From: a virus | Direction: 5' to 3' (one strand) | IMG/VR virus record: IMGVR_UViG_3300032323_003671 | Span: 9,263-73,262 of that record | DNA: 64,000 nt | Shown here: positions 27,984 to 38,016 of the stretch, in pieces | Layout of the letters: the number at the start of each line of letters is the position of its first letter | How positions within the stretch are numbered: the first letter of the stretch is position 1 | The notes under the pieces: generated by a model | What the model was told of the DNA's origin: nothing | The model's database searches: none | What the model saw: only the letters and a program-made list of their open reading frames with translations | Program-made: the position numbers and the translations under genes

Positions 27984-28159
27984 GTCTTTATCGCTTTAGA
28001 CTTGTTCTGCTATCAGCTTTATGTTGAATGTGTAGAATTCGAAAAAACAAAAGTGAAAAAGTCAGCGTATCGCTGGTTTGAAATTTTTTAGAGTTTTAGT
28101 AAAAACTTGACAATTAAACCAATTTAAAAACCTCCTTAATAGGAAAAATACTTAAAAAA

Positions 28160-28912
28160 ATGAACGCAACAGAAAAAGAATTGCATCGCTTTTTAGGGGT
28201 AGCTGAAAAAATGTCTGGATACGATGGTATGGACTATGAAGGCGACCTTTCGTCTTTTGACGATATGGATTTCTTTGATGGTGGAGAAGGTATTAACGAC
28301 CCGATGTCTTTCGCTGATGGTGGAGCATCAACCGTTAACGTTTCTAACCCATACGTTATCCAATATGTTAACTCAACACCAGGTACTCTTACCGCTGTGT
28401 TGTTCGGTTACAACAACTTCTTTAATGATCCAACAGGTCAGTTCGGCAACCCAGTGGGTATCACCGTAACCAACTTGCAAGGTTCATCTTATGCTGCCTT
28501 GATTGGTCAGACTTCAAACAAAGCATTCCAAATTGGAAAATGGCGTTTTCAGTCTGCTTCAGCTGGTCAGTTGAGCCAAACACTTACTGTATCACATTTC
28601 GATGCGAACGGTAACCAATACTCAACTCCGTTGAACTTATCAATCATGCGTGATGCTTACCAGTTCCAGTCAGATATCTTGGATATCACCAAGGTAATCA
28701 CAGTGGACGGTAACACTCAAATCACGTTCCCATTGTTAGCGTTGACTACATTGGTAATCTCTATGTTCCCAGTAAGCGTTGTTAGTACTAAAGCAGTACT
28801 TAACGGTGGTATAGCTCTTAACAAAGCAGTTGCTCCACGTCTTTCTGGTAAAAACGTAGCACCAGTGATTATCAACACTAATCAAAGAGTTGGTGGCGTA
28901 ACCAAAGCGTAG
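28160..28912 (+). CDS. putative major capsid protein (beta-rich, possibly single jelly-roll) with acidic propeptide
   Basis: Strong high-expression codon bias (AAC/TTC/ATC), own terminator, near packaging ATPase, two paralogs; fold is inferred. Confidence 0.6.
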   Translation: MNATEKELHRFLGVAEKMSGYDGMDYEGDLSSFDDMDFFDGGEGINDPMSFADGGASTVNVSNPYVIQYVNSTPGTLTAVLFGYNNFFNDPTGQFGNPVGITVTNLQGSSYAALIGQTSNKAFQIGKWRFQSASAGQLSQTLTVSHFDANGNQYSTPLNLSIMRDAYQFQSDILDITKVITVDGNTQITFPLLALTTLVISMFPVSVVSTKAVLNGGIALNKAVAPRLSGKNVAPVIINTNQRVGGVTKA

Positions 28913-28936
28913 ATAAAAAACCGATCGCTATAAAAG

Positions 28937-28972
28937 AAAGGCAGAGTCGTATAACGTCTTTGCCTTTTTTTT
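28937..28972 (+). terminator. intrinsic terminator after putative MCP
   Basis: AAAGGCAGAG / CTTTGCCTTT hairpin plus T-run. Confidence 0.8.
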
Positions 28973-28987
28973 CTTAAAATCATTAGT

Positions 28988-29488
28988 ATGAGAAGAAATC
29001 CAGAACGTACAAATCAACTTCAACAGCGAGTAACTTTACTTGGTACTATTGCCAATGGTTCTACAGCAAAAGCTAGAAACCTATTGAAAAAATACAAGAT
29101 GCCAGATGCAGTTAATCATGAAGATTTAGAATATAAGCTAACTCAGTTATATCATCAGCAAGGTGATAAGATTGAGCTTGAAAAAGATTTGGCAATGATT
29201 CATCCTCACAAAGATTTTATCTTGAAATATTCTCAAATTAAAAAAGAAGAGCCAACAGATATGGAAGCACCTTTGGAAAAAACAAAGCAAGCCATTACAG
29301 AAACTAGTTCTTGTGCTTGTGGTTGTGGATCAATGGGATTTGATGGAGTAAAATCGAATGCATCAGGTTATTCAAATGCTGCTGGTGATGCCTCAGTAGC
29401 AAGCCCAATGGGTACAAATACAGGCATGATAGTTATCGGAGTTCTTGGGATGGTTACAGTCCTTGCATTAACTCTAAATAGACAATAA
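28988..29488 (+). CDS. tail-anchored virion membrane protein
   Basis: C-terminal TM; SNASG/SNAAG motifs; CACGC cluster. Confidence 0.65.
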   Translation: MRRNPERTNQLQQRVTLLGTIANGSTAKARNLLKKYKMPDAVNHEDLEYKLTQLYHQQGDKIELEKDLAMIHPHKDFILKYSQIKKEEPTDMEAPLEKTKQAITETSSCACGCGSMGFDGVKSNASGYSNAAGDASVASPMGTNTGMIVIGVLGMVTVLALTLNRQ

Positions 29489-29946
29489 TGGACGTAGTTT
29501 GCCTTGATAAGACACCAATTCTGATTCATAACACAGAGCATAAAAACTTTGTTGAAACAGATAAGTCAGTTCCGAAAGGAACAAAAATGACAGGTCAATT
29601 TATGAATGTTATTGGCAAAAGAAAAGGAAAAGAATTTACATATCGCCTATTCAAAGATGAAGATGGCGTAATTGTTTACCAAAATAAAGTAAAACCGATG
29701 GAAGTAACATTGAACGCAACAGGAGATGATGAAACAAGAGTTATCACATTCCCAAATGTACAAGACAATCTAAAAACGCATGCTATTGTTTCAGCAGGTG
29801 CAGCAGTAATTGCTTTTGCTGTGGCAAAACGCATGGGCAAAGCCAACAAAACAGCATTTTGGGCAGCGGCAGGTTCTGCAGTTGTAGGTTATGTAGCTGT
29901 AAGTATGATTGCAAAAAACCAAAGAATTAAATACCAAAAAATTTAG
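29488..29946 (+). CDS. membrane protein, two C-terminal TM helices
   Basis: Hydrophobic hairpin at C-terminus. Confidence 0.65.
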   Translation: MDVVCLDKTPILIHNTEHKNFVETDKSVPKGTKMTGQFMNVIGKRKGKEFTYRLFKDEDGVIVYQNKVKPMEVTLNATGDDETRVITFPNVQDNLKTHAIVSAGAAVIAFAVAKRMGKANKTAFWAAAGSAVVGYVAVSMIAKNQRIKYQKI

Positions 29947-29948
29947 TC

Positions 29949-31196
29949 ATGGAAGAAATTCAAAACTATAACCAGGTTGTCGTAAATCTTGATTCTGAAG
30001 GTGGTATTAGTGTGAACACACCTACAACTACTTTCGAGGAGGCGTTTATGGGTGAAGAATTTTCTGAAGCTCAGGGTAAAAGAAGAGCAAAGAAACAATC
30101 TCGCAAAATCCAAAAAACTACTGATAAGCGTGCAAGAAAAACTGCAAAACGTGGCAAAAAGTCTGATCGTCAAGAAGAAAGACTTGGCAGACGTGCTACT
30201 CGTAAGTCTTTAAAACAAGACATTCGTGATGAGCAAGCGGAACGCAGACAAACACGTAGGTCAAGAAGACCATCTGCAGTTGATCAAATCGTTTCAGCAA
30301 GGGAAAAAATGCGCCCAGAAGAAGAATACGTTGAAGAAACATTCCAAGAAGGTTTCAGAGATGAAGAATATGATAACAAATATTATCCTTCTGATGAGCA
30401 AGAAGAACAAGAATACAATGATTCTGAAGAATTAGATCAAGATTACCAAGATGATCAAGATTATCAAGATGAATCAGAGTATGAAGAAGACGAAGCTGAT
30501 TATGGTGATGATTCTGAATCCGAAGGTATGGATGAAGAAATTATCTATGACGAAGAGAATAATTTCACAGGAGAAATGAGTGGTAAAAAACCAGTTCCCA
30601 AAGAAATTATGGATTGTTGTATGAAAATCGAATGGAACGATGAACTAATTGCTCGCTTGAAAGATGCAAAGCAAAAAAATAGTTTGTCTGATGTTTCAAC
30701 GATGAGAATTCAAGATGTCATTGATGAGAAACAATCTCGCATGAATGAATTAAAGAGTTCACTTGATGATTATGCTAAACAATCTCCTGAGAATGCTGCA
30801 ATTGCGAAAGAAGCTAGAATGAAAGCTCGTAAAGAACGCATGAAAATTTGTCCTTATCCAATTCGCAAAAGACTTCGTGAACGTGGAATGAGTGATCAAC
30901 AAATAAATGAGTGGTGGACAAAAACAGGTCAACAAAAAATTGAGCAAAAAATGTCCAACGCTGCTGGTATGCCAAGCGTAAGTACTCGTGAAGAATCTAC
31001 AAGAATTGCAGATTTTGAAGAGCCAGTTTTGGACTATGATCAACCAAAAACACAAGTAGTTGATATTGATGAGAATGGAGAAGTAAAATCAAACATGACA
31101 GGTGAAAATAAAGACTTTTGGAAGTCTGTACTCATTGGTTCATTAGTCGGTTTTGCAGCTATTTATGCCATTAACAAATACAAATTGTTGAAATAA
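29949..31196 (+). CDS. tail-anchored protein with basic and acidic tracts (core/DNA-condensing candidate)
   Basis: FSEAQG, then Arg/Lys tract, then D/E/Y tract; C-terminal TM. Confidence 0.65.
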   Translation: MEEIQNYNQVVVNLDSEGGISVNTPTTTFEEAFMGEEFSEAQGKRRAKKQSRKIQKTTDKRARKTAKRGKKSDRQEERLGRRATRKSLKQDIRDEQAERRQTRRSRRPSAVDQIVSAREKMRPEEEYVEETFQEGFRDEEYDNKYYPSDEQEEQEYNDSEELDQDYQDDQDYQDESEYEEDEADYGDDSESEGMDEEIIYDEENNFTGEMSGKKPVPKEIMDCCMKIEWNDELIARLKDAKQKNSLSDVSTMRIQDVIDEKQSRMNELKSSLDDYAKQSPENAAIAKEARMKARKERMKICPYPIRKRLRERGMSDQQINEWWTKTGQQKIEQKMSNAAGMPSVSTREESTRIADFEEPVLDYDQPKTQVVDIDENGEVKSNMTGENKDFWKSVLIGSLVGFAAIYAINKYKLLK

Positions 31197-31468
31197 TGAC
31201 TATCTATCAAACACTTTACAATTCTGATAACAAGGAAGCTGAATATCAGAAAAGAGGTAAAACCTGGTACAAAAGAAAGAAAGGTTCAAGTGAGAATTGG
31301 TATAAAGTGGATTCTAAATATTTTTCCAATTTGAACTCTAAATTTAAAGATGCACCATTTCTTTACAACTATACTACTACTGCAAAAGTAGGAGCGGCAG
31401 CGTTATTGGTTTTAGCTGGTTACATCACTTATAAGAAGTTTTATGGACTACAAAAGATATCAAAATAA
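31196..31468 (+). CDS. small tail-anchored membrane protein
   Basis: C-terminal TM. Confidence 0.6.
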   Translation: MTIYQTLYNSDNKEAEYQKRGKTWYKRKKGSSENWYKVDSKYFSNLNSKFKDAPFLYNYTTTAKVGAAALLVLAGYITYKKFYGLQKISK

Positions 31469-32054
31469 GCATCGTAAAATGATGAATAAACTTGGTCAGA
31501 TTATCGTTACTGATAAATCAGACTTTGTTTCTATGCTTGATGCATCAAATACTCCTTACGCAAGTCAGGATGATTCTGATTTAATCAAGGCATTCATTAT
31601 TGATATTCCAGAAAATGATCAGTTGAAAGTTTTGACTTCATACATGCTTGAAGACAAACTTTCGGCAACTCCATCAGTAGATAATGAAGCAGTTTATGAA
31701 AACTACGAAACTATTTACAATTATTGGGATTTTGATGTTACTGAAGATTACATGAAATCAAATGCTGTAGGTGCTATTGCAGGTGCAGTAAGTGCAGGTG
31801 CAAACTTGACAAATACTGCATTACAAGGCCGACAACAGCGTAAATATGGTGCTACAATGGCAGCACAAAAGCAAGCTGAATCAAAAACAGAGCTTTTAAA
31901 AGGATTAATCGCTCAGAAACAAGCGGAGGCGGATAAAACTAAATCCATTGAAGAGAATAAATCCAAGACTAAAAGAAATCTGATTATTGCAGGATCTATT
32001 GTCGCAGGATTGACAATTGTTGGCGTGGCTATTTACTTTATAAGAAGAAAATGA
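31443..32054 (+). CDS. tail-anchored membrane protein
   Basis: KSNAVG followed by Gly/Ala segment; C-terminal TM plus RRK. Confidence 0.65.
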   Translation: MDYKRYQNKHRKMMNKLGQIIVTDKSDFVSMLDASNTPYASQDDSDLIKAFIIDIPENDQLKVLTSYMLEDKLSATPSVDNEAVYENYETIYNYWDFDVTEDYMKSNAVGAIAGAVSAGANLTNTALQGRQQRKYGATMAAQKQAESKTELLKGLIAQKQAEADKTKSIEENKSKTKRNLIIAGSIVAGLTIVGVAIYFIRRK

Positions 32055-32158
32055 GAAAGATTTTATCCATAATCGCTTTAGGTGGTGTCCTTTATGGTAT
32101 TTATAAAGGATATGAAAGAGCCAAGCGAACTCAGCAAAACGTAAAATTGCAATCATGA
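32051..32158 (+). CDS. 35-aa membrane peptide (not in ORF track)
   Basis: MRKILSIIALGGVLYGIYKG...; ATGA overlaps at both ends. Confidence 0.65.
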   Translation: MRKILSIIALGGVLYGIYKGYERAKRTQQNVKLQS

Positions 32159-32469
32159 AACTCAGTAAAAAACATTATATGATTGGTGGTGGATTGCTAC
32201 TCGCAAGTTTGGCTGCATATTACTATTTTGGTTCGGCAACAGTAAATCAATTTTACGAATTCGAAGTAGCTTCTAATCAATCAGGCCAAGGCATTTTCTA
32301 TAGCGTAGATATGCGTAAATATGAGAAAGCTAGAAATGAGTTTTCAAGGAACTTAACTCGTTCAGAAGCCAGAGAATTGATTAACTTAGTAAAACAAAAA
32401 AAATATAACCAACGATATGAAACCCTAATTAAAAAATGGGGATTGACATCGGTTAAATCTGAAAAATGA
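32155..32469 (+). CDS. N-anchored membrane protein
   Basis: N-terminal TM. Confidence 0.6.
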   Translation: MKLSKKHYMIGGGLLLASLAAYYYFGSATVNQFYEFEVASNQSGQGIFYSVDMRKYEKARNEFSRNLTRSEARELINLVKQKKYNQRYETLIKKWGLTSVKSEK

Positions 32470-32963
32470 AAAAGTCATATATCATAACAAAAGACGTAAA
32501 ATCTCCAGTTGTTGTAAGTAGCCAAGTCGCTCACAAACCAGCACAAGTAAGATTTCAGACATTTCGCAGAGGACAAATTGTTCAAGGTGAATTAAAACAT
32601 GCAGACAATAAGCCTGCATTTGTTTTGGTCGGACGTATGTGTGTCATTCCAGTAAATTGCGTAAAAGAATTGCAAGGAAAAGAAATTACATCAAATTTCA
32701 ATGATCAAGATGGCCAAAGCCAAGCACCTGCTCAAAAGAAAACAATTCAAGTAGAGAATCCAAAAATCAAATACATGGATGCCCTTTTGATTGGTGGTGT
32801 GGTTGGATATGCAGCAGTGCATGTAGCAATTCAGAAAGGTTATATTCAAAGTGAAGATCCCAAAGCAAAAATTTATGGTGCTTTAGGTGGCGCAGTGCTA
32901 GGCATGTACCTAGTATATAGAAATGTTAGTAGTCAAAAACCAAAAACAACTCCAAAACAATGA
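32466..32963 (+). CDS. membrane protein, two C-terminal TM helices
   Basis: Same architecture as 29488..29946. Confidence 0.65.
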   Translation: MKKSYIITKDVKSPVVVSSQVAHKPAQVRFQTFRRGQIVQGELKHADNKPAFVLVGRMCVIPVNCVKELQGKEITSNFNDQDGQSQAPAQKKTIQVENPKIKYMDALLIGGVVGYAAVHVAIQKGYIQSEDPKAKIYGALGGAVLGMYLVYRNVSSQKPKTTPKQ

Positions 32964-33325
32964 TTAGTGTAGAAACAGCTCGTCCAGTATATTCAGCTTT
33001 TGGTGGTAAGGATCTTACTCCAGAACAAAAGAAAGAACGTCAAAAAAAACGTATCGAAAAAGCAAAACAAATCTATCAAACTGCAAAAGAGACAGGTAGC
33101 TTAACAGCACTTGAAAATATTGCAATGAGAGCAGGTGCGCCATTAGCTCCCACAACTGATCCAAACTCAGGTGGTGGTGCAGGTGTTGGCACAAATGGTG
33201 ATCCAAAAGGAAAAGGATGGGCAGACCTATCTACTCCTTATAAAGTAGGTATCATTGGTGGCAGCCTTTTAGTTGTAGGTGTAGCTGTTTGGTATTTTGG
33301 ATTTAGAAACAAAGCAAAGAAGTAA
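32960..33325 (+). CDS. tail-anchored membrane protein
   Basis: N-terminus MISVETARPVYS shared with 45720; C-terminal TM. Confidence 0.65.
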   Translation: MISVETARPVYSAFGGKDLTPEQKKERQKKRIEKAKQIYQTAKETGSLTALENIAMRAGAPLAPTTDPNSGGGAGVGTNGDPKGKGWADLSTPYKVGIIGGSLLVVGVAVWYFGFRNKAKK

Positions 33326-34101
33326 TGGAACAAACTTGGGAAACGGATAAAAGATCGCTTTCCTTGAATGTTTCAATTAAATGTCAAGGCAAATGCAAAT
33401 TTCGTGTAGTTGCCACAGATTTTAATGTAAACACCAAGTATGCTGATCGTACAATTGAAGTAGATGGTTTTCGAACAATCTATTTGTCTTTTGTAACATC
33501 TCCAGAGAAAGTGAGAATCATTGTAACTCCAAAAGGAGATACAAACAACTATTTGGTGGATATCAAAGAGAAACCACTAAAGACATATCAGATTTATCTT
33601 GACGAACAAGCGAAGAAATTTGTAAAGTTTGCACAAGAATTTTCTAGTGTATGTGGATACTCTAAAGCAACACCACAAGGCCGATTTTTCAGAACTAAGG
33701 ACAAAGAGTTCTCAATTCGTTTTTATCCTTTCATTTCCCAAAATGGAAAAGTAAGCACCTCGCCTGCTAGAATTGGCCACAATACTGGTATTATTGACGT
33801 ATCTAAACTTCATTTTGATAGATATACAATACCAATGAGAATGATTATTCTTTTACACGAATTTTCTCATAAGTATCGTAATCCTAAGATCGATCTTGAA
33901 ATATCAAATGAGTTTGGGGCAGATTTAAACGCATTATACATATATTTGGGATTAGGTTACTCCAAGGTGGATGCAATCTTTGTTTTTGCTAATGTATTTT
34001 TGAAAGCTCAGACCGATCAGAATATAATGCGCATGCGTAAAATCATGGATTACATTCAGAAATTCGAAAATGGAGAAATCGCCAAACCATTGACAAATTA
34101 A
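33325..34101 (+). CDS. HExxH zinc metalloprotease (candidate maturation protease)
   Basis: ILLHEFSH ... NEFGAD zincin motif inside the structural operon. Confidence 0.7.
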   Translation: MEQTWETDKRSLSLNVSIKCQGKCKFRVVATDFNVNTKYADRTIEVDGFRTIYLSFVTSPEKVRIIVTPKGDTNNYLVDIKEKPLKTYQIYLDEQAKKFVKFAQEFSSVCGYSKATPQGRFFRTKDKEFSIRFYPFISQNGKVSTSPARIGHNTGIIDVSKLHFDRYTIPMRMIILLHEFSHKYRNPKIDLEISNEFGADLNALYIYLGLGYSKVDAIFVFANVFLKAQTDQNIMRMRKIMDYIQKFENGEIAKPLTN

Positions 34102-34102
34102 T

Positions 34103-35047
34103 ATGAATATCTGGGAAGAAGATATCAATGAATGGGATGGATCATCTTACGATGATTTGTTCGAAAATAATTCTCAAAACTTAGATGATTTTGAGAATGA
34201 ACCTGATATTATGGATATCGAGGATATCGATTTTAGTGGCATTAATGGAAAATCAACAAAAGAAAAACTTCGCAAAATTTCCAGAAAGACTGTTTCAGCT
34301 CGTATAGTTCCCAAAAAAAAAAGACTGAGTAGTGATAAGTCAATTTCAAGAAAAATAGTTGCGAAGCGAAATGTTGAATATGTTTTTAGTAAAAACAAAG
34401 GCCGACAAACCACCACTGAGATAAAACTCCCTGATAATCGTGAGGTTCTTATTAAAGGTGTAGATGAGTTTATTCTATCCCAAGGTAGTGATCAAGTAAA
34501 GAATATAGGTTATTACAAAGGCGAGAAACTTCGTGAGCTTGTCCTAATCATAAATAATACTACTCCAAACGACATTGACATTGAATTTTTCAATCTTTCA
34601 ACTCCTTTGGATTACATGTATGCAACTGCCAATAACTTAAACAATCTGATTCAAGTAGCTGGTGATAACAAGGTTAGTTACTCCGACATGTTGTTTAACT
34701 TATTAGCAAATCCAACAATTTTGCCAAACGCAAAATTTAGTTTATCTGGGCCTTTCAAAGATGCTCAGTATGCTCAACCAATGATTTTCAAGAATAAAAA
34801 TATTGCAGGTTTTGAAAAAGTACATCCAATTCAAAACTCCTTGAATATCGATATAGATCAGAATCAAAATGATATTGTTTATTGGGATATAGAACAGAGC
34901 TTAGGACGATTATTTTGTCCTGATGGTATGGACGTGATGCAATATAAAGTTCTTGCAGGCATGTCCGTTATTTTTGGCTTCTACTATAAGCAAATCAGTT
35001 TGAAAAAAGTATTTATCCCAGAACTTAGAAATAAAGGTATCCTATGA
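34103..35047 (+). CDS. capsid-protein paralog with acidic then basic N-terminal extension
   Basis: C-terminal half aligns by eye with 28160 (I.N.T, SY..L, D.DQNQ.DI, .DG). Confidence 0.55.
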   Translation: MNIWEEDINEWDGSSYDDLFENNSQNLDDFENEPDIMDIEDIDFSGINGKSTKEKLRKISRKTVSARIVPKKKRLSSDKSISRKIVAKRNVEYVFSKNKGRQTTTEIKLPDNREVLIKGVDEFILSQGSDQVKNIGYYKGEKLRELVLIINNTTPNDIDIEFFNLSTPLDYMYATANNLNNLIQVAGDNKVSYSDMLFNLLANPTILPNAKFSLSGPFKDAQYAQPMIFKNKNIAGFEKVHPIQNSLNIDIDQNQNDIVYWDIEQSLGRLFCPDGMDVMQYKVLAGMSVIFGFYYKQISLKKVFIPELRNKGIL

Positions 35048-37281
35048 TGCTCGATTCACAAAAATATCAGAATACTACTAGGACAATTACTGGTCTAGTG
35101 AATTTCGTATTTAATACGGATACGATTATCATTTGCGATACAACACTTGGGCCAGTGCAAATCGAATTGTTAGAAATTCCTGCAAATAGTTGGAACACAA
35201 CTAGGAAATTCTATTTTTTAGATTCTGGTAATGCTACAGCAAATAACATTACGATTACTGCACCTGCAGGTTATACGATTAATGGTCAATCTACTTTAGT
35301 ATTGAATGCCAATAATCAAAATGCTTTAGTTCGAGTGGGATCAAATACTGATTATCTCGCATATACTTCTACTGGTAATGGGTCAAACCTTGCAGTTCTA
35401 AATCAAGGCGTTCAGATTACTCCTAGTGCTGTTTCAATGAACTTCTTAGGAATTCAAGCTACAGCTGTAGGAAATGCTGTTACGATTCAGAATAATTTCA
35501 TTTCTGGAACGTATGCTCAGATCGCTTTACTTGCATCTTCAAATCAATTGATACCAAGTCAAGGATATCAAATTACCAATGCCTTGTTTGGATCATTACC
35601 AACAACAAATATATCGGTCTATCTTCAAGCCATTTCTTCAAATGAATTATCGTTATCAGGTTCAGGTTATTTCTTCAATGCCGATTACGATGGTGCTGGT
35701 GTCTATACAGGAATCCCTGGTTTTGTTGCTCAATTAGGTATTTGGTCTTTGAGCCTATTGCCTGTTATTGGAGACGTATGTATTTGGAACAATTTACATT
35801 ACGTGAATACGACAGGAGCAAATGGGTTGACTAATCCTCAATCAGATGCAGTAAACTGGACTTTGTTAAGCTATAGTGCTACTAACGGTTATATCGTTGA
35901 AGTAGATGCAATAGAATACGATTTTAGCACCAATAGAATTATCAGAAGAACGGATAAAAGATTAAATACAGTCGAATGGTGTATTGCTTTTGCTGGATAT
36001 GATAGTTTCAATCATTTTAGATGGGGTGATAACAAATGTTTCAACAATATTATTTTAGGATCTGTTCTTTACAATTGTAATAATCAAAAAGATTCAGTAT
36101 TCAATACTTTGAACAAGTCTTCGGTTATTGTAGGATCTGCCACTGTAGGTGGTAGTGTAGAAATGACTCAAAATCAAATTTCAAATTCTTTGGTATTCAT
36201 GCCTTTTGAATCATTAGGAGGCGAATCATTCTTTTTGAACTCAATTAATTTTTGTTCACTTGTATTTGGTAAGAACAATTTTACAATTACCGACACAGGC
36301 ACTTTCGGTAGAAATGTCATGAACAATTCTACTTTGGCAAATATTACTTTTGAAGGCCAATACACAAATAATATTTTTGATAATTGTACTTCTGGCACTT
36401 TGAATCAAAATAGATTTGGTTCTATTTCATATAATGTTATTGATAATTCAAATTTTGATATTTTCAATAATAGTGGAGTAGTTTTAAATAATGAAATCAG
36501 ATCTAGTAGTACATTCTCTATTACTAGTCTCAACACTGGTGATATTATTTCTAATGAAGTTTCATTTGCTTCAGTATTTACAATTGGCATTAACTCATCA
36601 AATATTGAGAAAAACATTATTAAGAGTACTTCCAATGTTTTATTGGCAAACAATTCAAATCAGGTATTTAATAATTTCATTATGAATACCACATTTAATT
36701 GTGCGAATACTCAAACTTCTAGAGTTATTGGAAATACATGGTACACTTCTTCGGTAAGTATTGCTAATTGTAATGGTAACGTTACTGACAATACATTCAA
36801 AAATAGCAGTCTAACAATTTCAACATTAAGTGTATCAATTTCTGAAAACAATGTCAATAATGGAACGCTTAATGTAACAACTTTGAGTACAGCAATTTCT
36901 GGTGGTATTTATATCGATGGAGTAGCCACAACGCAATATGTACTTAATTTGAATGATCCTGCAGTGTTCAATGCAGGAACTTTAACTATTGCAAATGGTA
37001 TTGCTTCATTCTTTGGAGTTTACACTTTGCTAAATTGTGCAGGACAAAACATTACCAAAATTGTAAATCCAAATCCAAACGTTCCAATTCGTTTAATTCC
37101 AGATGCAAACACTGTTATTTTGACTAGAACAGCAGTAGGTGGAGCGGTAGCAAACGATATTATTGCTTCCACAGCCACAGCATCATGGACATTGACTTAT
37201 AGAGCATCAGGTTGTGATTCAATTCAGTTAAGAAGATTAAATACTCTCAATGGAGTAATAGAAACAGAAATTTACGTTTAA
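35044..37281 (+). CDS. spike/fibre protein with Asn-rich beta-helix
   Basis: 745 aa, periodic N-x-I repeats. Confidence 0.65.
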   Translation: MMLDSQKYQNTTRTITGLVNFVFNTDTIIICDTTLGPVQIELLEIPANSWNTTRKFYFLDSGNATANNITITAPAGYTINGQSTLVLNANNQNALVRVGSNTDYLAYTSTGNGSNLAVLNQGVQITPSAVSMNFLGIQATAVGNAVTIQNNFISGTYAQIALLASSNQLIPSQGYQITNALFGSLPTTNISVYLQAISSNELSLSGSGYFFNADYDGAGVYTGIPGFVAQLGIWSLSLLPVIGDVCIWNNLHYVNTTGANGLTNPQSDAVNWTLLSYSATNGYIVEVDAIEYDFSTNRIIRRTDKRLNTVEWCIAFAGYDSFNHFRWGDNKCFNNIILGSVLYNCNNQKDSVFNTLNKSSVIVGSATVGGSVEMTQNQISNSLVFMPFESLGGESFFLNSINFCSLVFGKNNFTITDTGTFGRNVMNNSTLANITFEGQYTNNIFDNCTSGTLNQNRFGSISYNVIDNSNFDIFNNSGVVLNNEIRSSSTFSITSLNTGDIISNEVSFASVFTIGINSSNIEKNIIKSTSNVLLANNSNQVFNNFIMNTTFNCANTQTSRVIGNTWYTSSVSIANCNGNVTDNTFKNSSLTISTLSVSISENNVNNGTLNVTTLSTAISGGIYIDGVATTQYVLNLNDPAVFNAGTLTIANGIASFFGVYTLLNCAGQNITKIVNPNPNVPIRLIPDANTVILTRTAVGGAVANDIIASTATASWTLTYRASGCDSIQLRRLNTLNGVIETEIYV

Positions 37282-37291
37282 AATATAAAAT

Positions 37292-37801
37292 ATGGCAGCA
37301 TCATCCGCAGCAAGCGCAGTATATAGTGGTCTTGATCCAAGATTGAAATTTGGTTTACAAATTGGCGCAGTAATAGTAGTAGGAGTAGTAGTATATCAAT
37401 TGGTGAAAAAATCAAATCAGTTTTTTGATGATCAAGCTAACAGAGACGAAAACCAAAGTACAGCTAATGAACTTGAACAACTAAACAAGAATCCATCTAC
37501 ACGCCAAAAGATTTCTAATTCTCAGGCGCAAGCCTATGCAAATAGTATCTATGGATCGATGCAAGGTATTGGTACAGATGAGCAAGCTATCAAAGACATT
37601 TTCTACAACATTAAAAATGATGCAGACTTTCTTGCCATCAAAAAATATTTTGGCACAAAAACAATTTGGTCAGGAACTCCAGTTTTCGTAGCTGATTTCA
37701 GAGGAACTTTAGTGCCATGTTTAAGAAATGAACTAAGTGCATACTGGGTCAATGCAATCAACAAAATACTTCGTGATAAGAAAATCAAGTATCGTGTATA
37801 A
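37292..37801 (+). CDS. membrane-anchored annexin-repeat-like protein
   Basis: A..IY.SMQGIGTDEQAI..IF matches the annexin GxGTDE motif; N-terminal TM. Confidence 0.6.
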   Translation: MAASSAASAVYSGLDPRLKFGLQIGAVIVVGVVVYQLVKKSNQFFDDQANRDENQSTANELEQLNKNPSTRQKISNSQAQAYANSIYGSMQGIGTDEQAIKDIFYNIKNDADFLAIKKYFGTKTIWSGTPVFVADFRGTLVPCLRNELSAYWVNAINKILRDKKIKYRV

Positions 37802-37849
37802 AAAATAAGTATTTTTATACCAGATATTTTGATCCATCGCCTAATTTAG

Positions 37850-37881
37850 AGTGCATTTTTATCATGAAAATGCACTTTTTT
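37850..37881 (+). terminator. intrinsic terminator
   Basis: AGTGCATTTT / AAAATGCACT hairpin plus T-run. Confidence 0.75.
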
Positions 37882-37898
37882 ATTTATATCAATTTTGT

Positions 37899-38016
37899 TA
37901 GTGGTTAATTTCGAACAATTTAATCTTTCATGAATTGAATTGAAGGCCATTCGTATTATTTATATTTGAAGATTAAATCTATTGATTTACTATTTATTTA
38001 TCAAAAATCGAAAAAA
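37899..38016 (+). promoter_or_regulatory. 118-bp promoter/leader element, copy 1
   Basis: Colinear similarity to 43801-43918; contains TATATTTG at 37961. Confidence 0.75.
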
